A stretch of DNA of 52,325 nucleotides, the filler included, from Catajapyx aquilonaris (Eukaryota), in assembly GCA_000934665.2 (NCBI GenBank). It is 3 parts of 3 records of this genome, joined end to end, with 100 filler letters (N's around TTAATTAATTAA, not from the genome) between each part and the next. Parts side by side here need not be neighbours in the genome. Positions count along the whole stretch, not along the records: positions 17,596 to 34,899 come from JYFJ02006975.1; positions 35,000 to 52,325 come from JYFJ02006976.1; 1 more part is not named here. One strand, given 5' to 3'. Every line of letters starts with the position of its first letter. Within the stretch, counting starts at the first letter, position 1. The notes beneath the pieces were generated by a model, which saw only the letters and a program-made list of their open reading frames with translations, ran no database searches and was not told the DNA's origin. The translations under genes and the position numbers were made by a program. This document shows, one piece after another, positions 26,301 to 36,819 of this stretch.

Positions 26301-29300
26301 ACGTACGATTGCACCGTGGAGTTGTTTTTTTGTAATATTGTACACTGTACAGTACAGCACAAGCGCATGAAGAGGTGCAGCACAGTGCACGTAATTGACG
26401 CACCAAACAGCACTCCCTCCAAAATGGCGGCCACTTTTTTTTTTACATTGCCATTTATTATTATTTTTTAAATGTGTCGACGAAGCAGCATCCAACAGAG
26501 AAAGGGTCGTGTCATATTCACAAAGCGCATTTCCCAAATGATGTGCAGCACATTATTTTGTTTCGCCTCATTGTTTTTTTCCCCCTCGTAATCACTCTGC
26601 AGTTTGAATGCATGCAGCATCAGCCATTTTGGAATAAGGTTTTTTTTTGCACGGGGAAGCTTATTTTTTAATTATTTATGCCAAAGTTGGCGTTCGCTTT
26701 TTTTTATTGCGCAGATGGCTGCTGTTGCATGCACTTAGGTTGCATGCAGACGGCGCCTTCCCACTTTTCGTGACAATGTTGTTTTGTCCACTAGATTCGT
26801 GGTGTTTGCAAAACGCGTGGACGTCCAGGAGGCTCGTCTCCGCGTGTTCTGCATGACGGACGACCGTGAGGACAAGACCCTTGAGCACCAGGAGCACTTC
26901 ACGGAGGTGGCCAAGAGCAGGGACGTGGAGGTCCTGGAAGGGAAGCCCCAGTACGTGGAGTTCGCTGGGAACCTGGTGCCTGTGACCAAGTCAGGGGAGC
27001 AGCTGGGACTCCACTTCCACGCCTTCAGGGAGAACAGGCTGCCCTTCACGGCCAGGGTCAAGGACGCCCACGCGGACTCGGTGGGTCGGATCGCCTTCAT
27101 GAGGGAACCCAGGGTGGCCAAAGGGGAGCCCCCTCAGACACCCATATGCAACCTCAACCTGGTGCTGCCTGAGACCATCGTGCCAGAGTCGGCCCCGTCG
27201 GAGCCAGACCTGCTCTCGCTAGAGAAGAAGTACACCTTCCTCAGAAGCGGAGGACTCTGTGAGTAGCAACCCTGTGTCTCATAAACACCTGACTATACCT
27301 GTGGTGGTGTCGCTGGACGCCAAACCTTATCTCAACTAAGGCCTCCAGGAATGAACTCTGGCATTTACTTCGAGATTTTAGCGCACGGTGACCTATCATT
27401 AAGGGCCGAATTCAGAGAGGTTGCTTAACGTAAACGCACCCGATTAAATCCTTTAGTCATCCTCGATTAGCAAATTTAATCAACCTGCTAATACAAAGAC
27501 GGCGATTAGCGCTAAACGCCCCCTAATCGCACTTGCTAGCACTTCTAAATTTGTTAATCGAGGATGACTAAAGGATTTAATCGGGCGCGTTTACGTTAAG
27601 CAACCTCTCTGAATTCGGCCCTAATTAATTAATTAGAAGAGTTGTAACCAATCACAAAGAGGATTGCAGTAAGTCACCATGGAAGCAATTAAATCTGGAA
27701 GTTTATTATGCCATAGCTGAAGGCCTTCTTACTTGAAAGTTATGGTACAGTTTTGGACTGGTGGTGCCACAAGCCGGCGGTAAAAGAGCGAATCGAATGG
27801 GCTTCTATTCGCATTTTGCGGCCATCGAATCGTGGTGCCACCAGTACAACACCGTTAATGTCTATTTTGAGCGCAACCGAGCGCAACCGAGGGCGCAACA
27901 CAATTCGCGCAAGCTTGTTGTTCCGACAACAACGTTGCCACAGTTACTCCTCAAGGGCCAAATTCACGCCTGTAGCAGGGAACATATTATACTATACATA
28001 AGAGGCGCAAACATTCGATTTCCGCGTCTCTCTGTTTGGGACGTTGCCAAGGCTGGCGGCCATTTTGAAGTGGGGGCAACGCCAACGAGGTATAAATAGG
28101 GTACAGGCAAAAATAGGGTCCGCCATCTTTGATGGTTTTGGCGGCCATGGCAAGAACACGCGCTAATCAAAGATGGCGGACCCTATTTTTGCCTGTACCC
28201 TATTTATACCTCGTTGGCGTTCCCCACACTTCAAAATGGCCACCAGCCTTGGCAACAGCCCCAAACAGAGAGACGCAGAAATCAATGGCGCTGACCGACG
28301 CTTGCGCCTCTTATGTAGTATATGCTCCCTGCCTGTAGCCTTCCAGAGCATTGGCAACATTGCAAAAGTCGCCCATATTGTTATCCCGTCAAGCTTAGTG
28401 TCGGAAACAATTTGCGTGAACTGTATTGCGCACTCGGTTGCTCTCAAAAAATTCATCTATCCTCCTGAGACCCGGAGTACAGTATACTGTACCTTTGCTT
28501 TTGTTTTTTTACGCGTTTGAGTTAGTCAGAAGGTGCTGGAAAAAACAAAGGTACAGTATACTGTACCAGGGGTCTCAGGAGGCTATAGCATTGTACCATA
28601 AGACAATGTTGGTTTGATCATGTTTATCAAGTAAGAGGGCTTTCAACTACACTTATCTCCAAACCGTGGACAACAGGGGGACGTTTCGTGTGAGGGGGAA
28701 CTTGTGAGTGCCTGGGGCGAATGACGTAACATCACGGAGTAACTTTGCGTGGCCTATATTTTTGCATACATTCACCTGTAGTAATTTTGTAGCCCATCAG
28801 GCCTGAAGAGGATAAACCCGGTTTAGTGGGATTGGTGGAGAGGACTGGACGCGTTTTCTTCTCTTCTTCTTCTGCCCTTCTTGGATATAGACCACATGAG
28901 TAGACTAGTGTTACCCTCCCCGTACAGTGTAAAGAGTGAGAGTTTGAAACCGATGCCTTTCTTCCTATACCCGTTTTCCTACCCATTTTTTCCCCCCCGA
29001 ACGCGTTTTTTTTTTTGTGCGCACACACCCGCAGTGGGTCGTCCCGAGCTGATCCACCGAGCCGAGTTCCGTCTGTCGGACATCAGCAACATGCTGGGCA
29101 ACGACTGGGTGAGGCTGTCCGAGGAGCTGGGAGTGTCCGAGGCCGACCAGAGCCTGATCCAGAACGAGTATCCGGACAACGTGTCCCAGCAGGCCATGGT
29201 GATGCTCCGGCTCTGGATGCAGCAGGCCGGGTCCATCGCCACGGGAAACACCCTGGAGAAGGCCCTGAGGGCAGTGGACAGGGAGGACATCGTCCAGAGC

Positions 29301-32300
29301 TGCATCTCCAACGTGGAGCTGGTCACGGACGAGCTGGAGAAGGCAGTGGCCAAGGTGCATCTGGACCAATCCGGATTCTCAGCGCTCAAGGAGGAGCTCG
29401 GGCCTTCGAGAGACACTTCTCTCAGAAGGGGAGCCAGTCTCGAGAGGAGCTACGACGAGCACGACATCATGAAGGTACACTACTACTAGTAGTAGTACTG
29501 ATGATGATTGTGATGATGATGCATATTTGCAGGATTCTGAATCTCTGGAGGAGTTGACGGCGGCTGAGAAGGAGGATGCGCAGAAAGTGCTACACCAGGG
29601 TGAGTACCGCGTACCGGTAGTTATTTAAGGACTTGTAAGGACAGGAGGGATTGGGGGGGATCTACTTATATTGGATTGCTGTGTGCTGTGTGGCGTTGCT
29701 GCAATTACTGTACTTCGAGGCCTGCTGCTTTGTTGCCGGCGGACTCTGATCCCTCCCAGCTGCAAAATCACGACAAGACATGATGCAACAGTGCTCGTAA
29801 ATAGCTTTCAGTACATATCAGGCACATTGGGATTTACAGTGTAACGTCAAAATGTATACTCTTTCCTGTTTTACGAGAACTTTACGAGCACTTGTTACAC
29901 ACATTCCCTTCCAAAAATTGCTTTGTACCAAATTACTGGTGGCCGTTTGAGCTTTTTCCCCACCTGACGCTTTTCACTTGGAGCTTTGTGGCGCTTGACC
30001 TTTGCCCTCTTTGGGACTTGAGCAAAAAAAAAGGACACGAAGCTCGACTGAAGGACCTTGTGGACCGCTTCGGAAACACATGCTTCAGCGCATGGTATTC
30101 TGTGCATGACCTCTCGGCCGGTACGGAGCTTGATATCGACACACCGAAAATTTGCCAGCAAAAATATTGGACACCAGTCGATATCACGTTGTTCGGTACC
30201 AAAGTAACACGCGTGGCTTTAAAACGCTTTCGGGTGGGGCTTCTCTCACTACTTTCCATTTCATCTTGCCCTTCCCTGGGCGGCTGCAGAGGAGCAAAAG
30301 AAAGATGCAAAACAGGCCGAACCAGTTCCAGTGGAAAAACCAGAGCCAAAACCAGAGCCAAAGCCGGTGGAAAAACCTGTCGACAAACAGGTGGAAAAGT
30401 CGGTTGAGATTGTAAAGGTGATTAGGGTGGACGAGGAGGAGCGGAAGTATATTGCCGAAGAGAAGGAGGTTTTGGAGGAGGTCTTTGTGAAGGAGGTGGT
30501 TCCGGCCCGAAAAACTCCGGAGCCTGTCTTTCCGGGCGAGGATGAGCCGGAGGCCGAGCCCTTGCCAGTGCCAGTGCCCCAGCCCAGCCCAGTGCACAAG
30601 GTGACCTTTTCCTCCGAGTCTGCCCCCGAGAAGCCCCCGAGGACTTCCCCTAGGGAGCCGGTGGTGGAGGAGATCATTGTTGCGGAGAGGGTCACCTCCC
30701 CTGTGGAGAAGAGGGCCGAGGAGGTTGCACAGGGCTTGGCGCGTTTGGACGCCGACGCCCCAGCGGAGGAAAGTATGCATGACCCTTCTGTCCCGTGTTT
30801 GCCACCCACCAGTGTTCAAACCTAACTTTAAATTGGTGGGGGCCTGTGCTTTACTAATAACCGCTTTGGAAAGGTGCTTCAAAAGTTTAATTTTCTTCTC
30901 AGCTGGGTTGGACGCTTTGCCAGGGGATGCACAGGTTGTAACCGAGGTTGTTCTGACCTCGGTCGAGACTAGTGGTGCTGAACAGAGAGCCTTTAAGCCG
31001 GCCCTGCCACAGGGCCAGCAGGTTCAGCTCAAAGAAAAGCCGGTTCAGGTCCAGGCGCCTGTTCAGACGCAGGTTCAGATCAAGACTGACCTACAGGCGC
31101 AGGTTCAACCTAAGGTTCAGCCACAGGCTGAGGAGGCTAAGCCGCAGCTGATAATTCAGGCAGAGGTTCAGCCCAAGCCTGAGCTGCAGATTCAGGTTCA
31201 GTCTAAGGCTGTACAACAGGTTCTGCCACAGGCTGTACAACAGGTTCCGCCACAGGCTGAGCACGTTACGTCCCAGCCGATAATTCCGGCAGAGGTTCAG
31301 CCTAAGCCTGAACCACAGATTCAGCTTCAGCTGAAGCCTGAGCCACAGGCTAAGCCATTGGCGCAGGAGCAGGCTCAGCTGATAGTTCAGACAGAGATTC
31401 AGCCCAAGCCTGAGCTACAGATTCAGGTTCAGCCACAGGCTGAGCAGGCTAAGCCACAGCTGATAATTCAGGCTGGGCAGTCTAAGCCACAGCTGATAAG
31501 TCAGGCAGAGGTTCAGCCGAAACCTGAGCCACAGATTCAGGTTCAGCCCAAGGTTGTGCCGCAGGCTAAGCCACCGGCGCAGGAGCAGGTTCAGCTGATA
31601 GTTCAGACAGAAGTTCAGCCTGAGACACAGGTTCAGGTTCAGTCCAAGGTTGTGCCACTGGTTCAGCCACTGATGCCAGAGGAACCTAAGCCAGAGACGC
31701 AGGTTCAGGCAAAGGTTCAGCCGCAGCATACGCCCATGGCTGAGGTGCAGGTGCTAGTTCAGGCACAGATTCAGCCCCAGGAGCAGAAGCAGGTGGTTCA
31801 GACACAGGCTAAGGTTCAGCCCCAGCCCAAACCTCCAGCTCTGCAGGAAATAACGAGTACGGGTTCGGAACAAATTGAGAGCATGATGTGTTCAGAAATT
31901 TACAAACTGTCGTGATTTGTCACCATCGGCACTCTTGATTGCCAGGGGAAATCCAAGAGCTGTCACTGAATCAGAAATTATAAATTTTTCGTAATTCACT
32001 CACTCAAGCGAAAAGTCTTATTGGTTATTCTGGAGACTTTAACTAGGGTGACGACTTTTGGATAATTTTCTAAGTGTCACTGCTGGAGGCGTGTTGTACT
32101 TGTGACGTGACCGTGTTGTCCGCGGAAGTGTGGCTATTTAACAACCACGTGCTTTGCCTATATAGGAAATTCCTCACAATGTCGGCCGTCTCTGTGTGTC
32201 TCCAACTAATCCGACCCGTTGACATTGTATTGAGTTCTGATTGGGCTTGTGCTTTCAGAACCGCAGCCAACCAGGACTCCTCCACCCACACCAGAGGCCA

Positions 32301-32785
32301 GGGTATTTAAAGGTACACACTCTGACACAGAAACTTAACTAAACCGACTAACAATTGTCCACCTGGACAAATGGAAATTGGCCATTTTATGACAATTATA
32401 AAGCAGCTATTCTTCATATTCATACGTTCGTGTGATTCTGCAAAAAATATTGCGAAAATGTTTGATCCTGCGAGTTATACTGTCCGTCATACAAGGGTGC
32501 GGTTGCATACAACCCAGGATGAACCTCAGTTTGCAAAGGATTTAACCCTTTTTAATTTTTAACACAGCTTATACGACTGACAGCGTGAATCGATTTCAGG
32601 TGATTTATTTTTGAATGCAATTAAATTAAAACGAACGACTTGCTTTCTAGGGGCTGAGGCTTCCTTGGAGGAAGCCGCCCGCCTAGCGGAGGCAGAGACC
32701 ACATGGAGAAGCGAGGAGATGGAGGTCAGCTTCGGTGGAGGTCAGCCGGTCAGCTCGTCTCCAGCGCCGCCCAAGTCGGAGCCAG
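18140..32785 (+). CDS. Ank2: Ankyrin (Ank2-like), partial spliced gene: ZU5b-UPA-death domain-C-terminal tail; 5' part and last exon(s) not identified in this contig
   Basis: GT-AG exons with consistent phases: 18140-18344, 24374-24563, 26795-27258, 29035-29474, 29533-29599, 30290-30772, 30903-31856, 32259-32312, 32651-32785. Diagnostic ankyrin sequences are [73 protein letters not shown] and a death domain ([13 protein letters not shown]...MLRLW...[14 protein letters not shown]). Confidence 0.93.
19707..19864. repeat. Interstitial (CCTAA)n/(TTAGG)n telomere-like array in an ankyrin intron
   Basis: Runs of CCTAA interrupted by CCGTGA/CCATGA variants. TTAGG is the typical arthropod telomere repeat. 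Confidence 0.85.
20272..20327. repeat. (GAT)n microsatellite
   Basis: About 18 GAT units; source of the spurious poly-His ORF 20246-20740. Confidence 0.95.
23316..23646. mobile_element. Foldback MITE copy 2 (P/Galileo-type ends)
   Basis: CAGGGAGCATATACTAC...GTAGTATATGCTCCCTG; 7-bp TSD ACTACAG (23309-23315, 23647-23653). Confidence 0.9.
24374..24563 (+). CDS. Ank2: Ankyrin exon: end of ZU5b / start of UPA
   Basis: cctcag|GAGGT...GCCAA|gtgagt; encodes [39 protein letters not shown]...VPFMAK. Confidence 0.93.
25826..26128. mobile_element. Foldback MITE copy 3 (diverged, internal deletion in left arm)
   Basis: CAGGGAGCACATACTAC...GTAGTATATATGCTCCCTG; 7-bp TSD ATTTGAT (25819-25825, 26129-26135); central spacer in the opposite orientation to the other copies. 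Confidence 0.88.
26795..27258 (+). CDS. Ank2: Ankyrin exon: UPA domain
   Basis: cactag|ATTCGTG...GGACTCT|gtgagt; encodes [30 protein letters not shown]...FRENRLPF...ICNLNLVLP. Confidence 0.93.
27403..27621. mobile_element. Tourist-like (PIF/Harbinger) MITE
   Basis: Near-perfect TIRs of about 75 bp (GGGCCGAATTCAGAGAGGTTGCTTAACG... / ...CGTTAAGCAACCTCTCTGAATTCGGCCC) with a TAA TSD on both sides. Confidence 0.85.
27865..28450. mobile_element. Older degenerate inverted-repeat element hosting MITE copy 4
   Basis: TTTTGAGCGCAACCGAG...GCGCAACACAATTCGCGCAAG..TTCCGACA (about 27865-27928) is imperfectly inverted by TGTCGGAAACAATTTGCGTGAACTGTATTGCGCACTCGGTTGCTCTCAAAAA (about 28399-28450). True ends are uncertain. 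Confidence 0.55.
27976..28331. mobile_element. Foldback MITE copy 4 (P/Galileo-type ends)
   Basis: CAGGGAACATATTATAC...GTAGTATATGCTCCCTG; 7-bp TSD CCTGTAG (27969-27975, 28332-28338). Confidence 0.9.
28461..28582. mobile_element. Small piggyBac-like MITE with a CTAT target duplication
   Basis: TIRs CCTCCTGAGACCC..GTACAGTATACTGTACCTTTG / CAAAGGTACAGTATACTGTAC..GGGTCTCAGGAGG; CTAT on both flanks (28457-28460, 28583-28586). Confidence 0.72.
29035..29474 (+). CDS. Ank2: Ankyrin exon: death domain
   Basis: ccgcag|TGGGT...ATGAAG|gtacac; encodes [24 protein letters not shown]...QAMVMLRLW...[23 protein letters not shown]. Confidence 0.92.
29533..29599 (+). CDS. Ank2: Ankyrin small post-death-domain exon ([22 protein letters not shown])
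   Basis: ttgcag|GATTCT...CAGG|gtgagt after a 58-bp intron; phase 0 in, phase 1 out, consistent with both neighbours. Confidence 0.8.
30290..30772 (+). CDS. Ank2: Ankyrin tail exon, P/E/V/K-rich
   Basis: ctgcag|AGGAG...GAAA|gtatgc; 483 nt, phase 1-1, in frame with ORF 30331-30825. Confidence 0.75.
30903..31856 (+). CDS. Ank2: Ankyrin tail exon, Q/V/P-rich internal repeats (318 codons)
   Basis: tctcag|CTGGG...ACGA|gtacgg; 954 nt, phase 1-1; repeats of QAEVQPKPE(P/L)QIQVQ and QEQxQLIVQTExQP. Confidence 0.72.
32259..32312 (+). CDS. Ank2: Ankyrin tail mini-exon ([17 protein letters not shown])
   Basis: tttcag|AACCG...AAAG|gtacac; 54 nt, phase 1-1, open in frame. Confidence 0.65.
32651..32785 (+). 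CDS. Ank2: Ankyrin tail exon ([18 protein letters not shown]...PPKSEP)
   Basis: ttctag|GGGCT...CCAG|gtaagg; 135 nt, phase 1-1. Confidence 0.7.
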
Positions 32786-34899
32786 GTAAGGACCATGCTT
32801 TTTTTGCGCCAAAAATGGGGAGGGTCATCAGGTCAAAAAAAGAGAGAGGGATGAAAAAAAAATATGAAAGAGAGCACGGCGAGGTCAGCTTTTCGCTTTT
32901 ACACACATTGGGCTTGGCTTCTGCTCACTTTCACTCACTTTTTACTCACAGAATTATTGAGCTTGCAGTGCACATGTTTTCAAGATGCTGTGTGGACCCG
33001 TGGGAAAAGATTTGTTGCGAGCATGTAATTTTTAGTGGGGGGTAATATCACACGATGATTCTAGTGTCAATTCATGGTTAAAACAATTATGTTGAATTCA
33101 TGGCTGAATATTATCGAAAATGAAAAAAAAGGGGAAATCTGAGTGTTCTGTGCCTTTTTTGATTAGATGAAAAGCACTGCTCAAGTTTGGCTGGCTGAGT
33201 TCAGTTTGGTTTGTTCACATGGCAGCAGCATGCCCTTTGTCCTGCAGCCGCAGTTTAACTATATAAGCACCACCCACCCCCAACATTTTGTCTACTCATT
33301 ACACCCTGATCCTTTAAAAACCCAATCAAAACCTCCCTAGAATATACCCCAACCACACATTTCTGAATCTGTTGTTGTGCATGGGGGAGTGTGAGAAGGA
33401 GAAACACTGCGATGCACCAATCATCACTTTTGTGTGTCGCACGCGTATGACATTTGGGGGTCAACTTTGTCTCATTACATTTTTTGACCTTGACCCCCTT
33501 TGTAGATTCCGAACAATTCTCTTGGTTGTGGGATTTATCCCAGAAAAATCCAGTTAAAGGCAGTATTTTATGCAAACTATGCTTAAGTTTTGAGACAGGA
33601 ATCGTTAATAATTAGGCTACATTTTTAAACCACTTTATTAGCATGGCATGACACAGAGCACGTGTTGTGCACAATAGGTATAAGCACCATCGTAATTAGT
33701 CACAGGCAATTTTTATAGGCATCATCATCATATGCAGTGTGTTCCAATCGTGAAGATTTTATGTGCAAAAGTTGCATATTATTAAGGTGTTACTTTCCAT
33801 AACATTTATGAGTAATCAGCAATATCAAATGCGAATATTACCTGAGCAAATCATTATCCTCAGTTATCTATAAGCGTGTAATTAAATTGCAACTATACTA
33901 ATTTTTGGAGAGCGTATGTTGAAATGTAGGGCAAAAGTAGAGAGATGTATTGGAACACAGTGTACATATACTAGTTACTGCAGGTTTGCAGTGAAACTAG
34001 CTTAATTTTTGGGATCTGATTTACACGATTACATTTTACAAATAATGCATTTAAGTAATAAATTTCCGTGTAAGGCCAGATGCGATTTGTAGGATTAATT
34101 AAGTTACAATATTTTAAGTAAGAGCTTAGGATTTTTTTGTAAAAAATCATTTTTAGCCATAATGTGTGTATGTGTTGGTGCAAATGTAGTCATGTGCCAC
34201 TTTGCAAAGATTCATCGACTCTTTGCAAAGTGATTCTTCCTCTCTCTGTCCTCAACTTTTTCCAACCCCCCCCCCCCCATGTGCCCCTACATCCCAAAAC
34301 GTGGCAGGTAAGTGCAGCTTTCAATGGAATTTGTTACCATATAGTTATTTTATTTTTTTAGTTCTTGTGGGCAGGAGATGCAGGTCTTTTTTTTAGTTTG
34401 CGCTGTTTTACTCTTGGTTTATTTTTTTGTGAGTGTCAGTTCTCGCTACTTGCAATACTGGCATGTATTACATGTTTCTGAAATATTTTTAAAACCCACG
34501 GGGTGTGTCAGGAGACCGTTTTAACTTGGTTTAAACGACGAGAGTCTGCCACGTTTCTGAGGTGACTTCACGGACATGTTAAGAGCACCATTCACCTGGT
34601 GGCGTTTTATAGTTGAAGGCCTACCTACTTGAGAGTGATCATTTTATTTCTCTGAACATTACTGATTGGACTGTGCTGATGTTACCTTTCAAGTGTGCAG
34701 GTCTTCAACTATATTATGCACAAGTGGTATTCATAGTCTATGAAACCTGTTTGGTAGACTCAGGAGTGCTAGCCTCAAAATACAAAACTGTAGACTGATT
34801 GTGCGTCAATTATGTTGGTTGCCAATCAAAGTAATTGACGTGCAATCAGCTGATTACTTGCATTTTTCGACTGGTACTCCTGGGCCAGATGTTATCCAC

Positions 34900-34999
34900 N
34901 NNNNNNNNNNNNNNNNNNNNNNNNNNNNNNNNNNNNNNNNNNNTTAATTAATTAANNNNNNNNNNNNNNNNNNNNNNNNNNNNNNNNNNNNNNNNNNNN
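34900..34999. other. Artificial contig-joining spacer
   Basis: 44 N + TTAATTAATTAA (34944-34955) + 44 N. Confidence 0.97.
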
Positions 35000-36819
35000 T
35001 GCCAGCTGCAGCTAATGTCCATTTGTTCCCTCGGAGGATCTTCACTCTGGGATTGGACTTGACCGCTCCCACGTATATACACCCTATCTGCATCCTTATT
35101 ATTGAGAGACTCAGGCACCAGATGTGATGCGATCAGAACGGCTTAGAGTGGATTGTGCTTGTTTCGTCCAAATGTAGACGATTGAATTAAGAGACTATAG
35201 TGTCTGAATACAGTAGCCGGAAGTTTGTGGAATCTCGAGCAAGGTTTAGTTTGCATTGGAGATCCAGTGTTGCCTGTGATGTGGCCAAAGCAGACCATGG
35301 AGGCGGCAAGTGTTCTACTTCATTCTATAGGTAGTAGTGGGATGAGTCGCTTAACCTATTTGATCTACCTATTGAATTCCGTGTGATCACATGAGCATTA
35401 CACATGTGCCCGAGTCCACCTTTTATGCGGTTGCCTTTTCTAATTTGCCTTTGTTATACTGAGTGAGGTTTTATCAGGGGGGAAAAGGGGGTACAAACTC
35501 GGGAAACTGTATATCAATTCTGAAGGTTTTGATTTGAAGCGATTTGGCGGGAAAAGTACTCAAACGAAATAAACTCGGGTAAAATAGTTTGAAGACCATA
35601 TGTAAAGGCAGTCAAAATTGCATCAAAGGGGTACAGTCCGTCAGAGGAAATCTGTATGTGAAGGGATTGACTGCAAAAATTTCTGAACACTTTCGACGTG
35701 GTATTAATTTTTGAGAAAATCATCTACATTGTTCAATAGACAAACCTTCACACACTGATACATGACCTTTAAATGTCCCGAAATTACACCCATTTTTCGC
35801 AAAACGAGTTTTTATTCCCGATTGGTCCCCCCCCCCCCAATGAAACGAACACCCATTAAAAAAGTTAATTCCGCACATTTATTGGTAGGTTATCTAATTA
35901 GTGGTAATCTGTGTCGACACACATTGCAGGAATGAAATTTTCATGAGCACAAATGCTGGAAACTAGTAAACATTAGCATTTTGGGAGGCTGGCTTTATGC
36001 CTTTCCTATACTCATCGCTTTTGGACATCCTTTATTCACAGTACCACGATTCACATCAGGGGGGGCTCCCGATCTCATAATTCTATTAACCTGTTATCCG
36101 CCGCAGTACGAGGAACGCCTCTCTTATACACTACAGCACTATTTTCCAGGCCTACTACTACCTACCTATAAAAATAGACCGCCCCAATTAATTAATATGT
36201 TAATGTCATTGCAAATGTATGAGCAATGTGAGCGTAATAATAGAGTATTCTTTTTGCAATTACGTCGCATCTGCTGGGATGATTGCAATTATTTACCGGA
36301 ACTTGCAACTGCGACGGAAAAAATTGCAAAAGTCTGGGAGTGACAAACAAAGGCTATTAGTCTCGGAAAACCTGACGTTATAGTTCGGCGTTCTTCCTAA
36401 AACGAAAGGGTCTATAACAAGATAGGATGTCGTGGAATCACGCTCCTATATATTTTTTTCCTACACCGAAGGATGCGATAGACTTTGTTAGAACAGCAAT
36501 TACAAAGAAAGTGCGATGCAAAAGGAGTGGAAAAGATAGACTATAGAAGGAAGCGTGTCTAGATGCAACAGGTGACTGTCACCTTTGCTGTCCATATAAC
36601 ATTTTGAACGGATAGAAGCGACAGGAGTTGGATATGAATAGGACCGCTAATTAGACTGAATTAACCTAAATTTGAGCCTATTCAACTCAGACTGATTGAT
36701 GATCAATAGGAAGGAAATCAGGATCTTGGCTCACTCGTCAAATCGTGTTAGGAAGTGTCAAGAAGGAAATTCTGGATGGAACAAGTTGAGATGTTGATTT
36801 CTTGTCGTTTTTTTTACAG

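Noticed and set aside
28965..31729. Long antisense and alternative-frame ORFs over the ankyrin exons
   Set aside because: Shadow ORFs of GC-rich or repetitive coding sequence.
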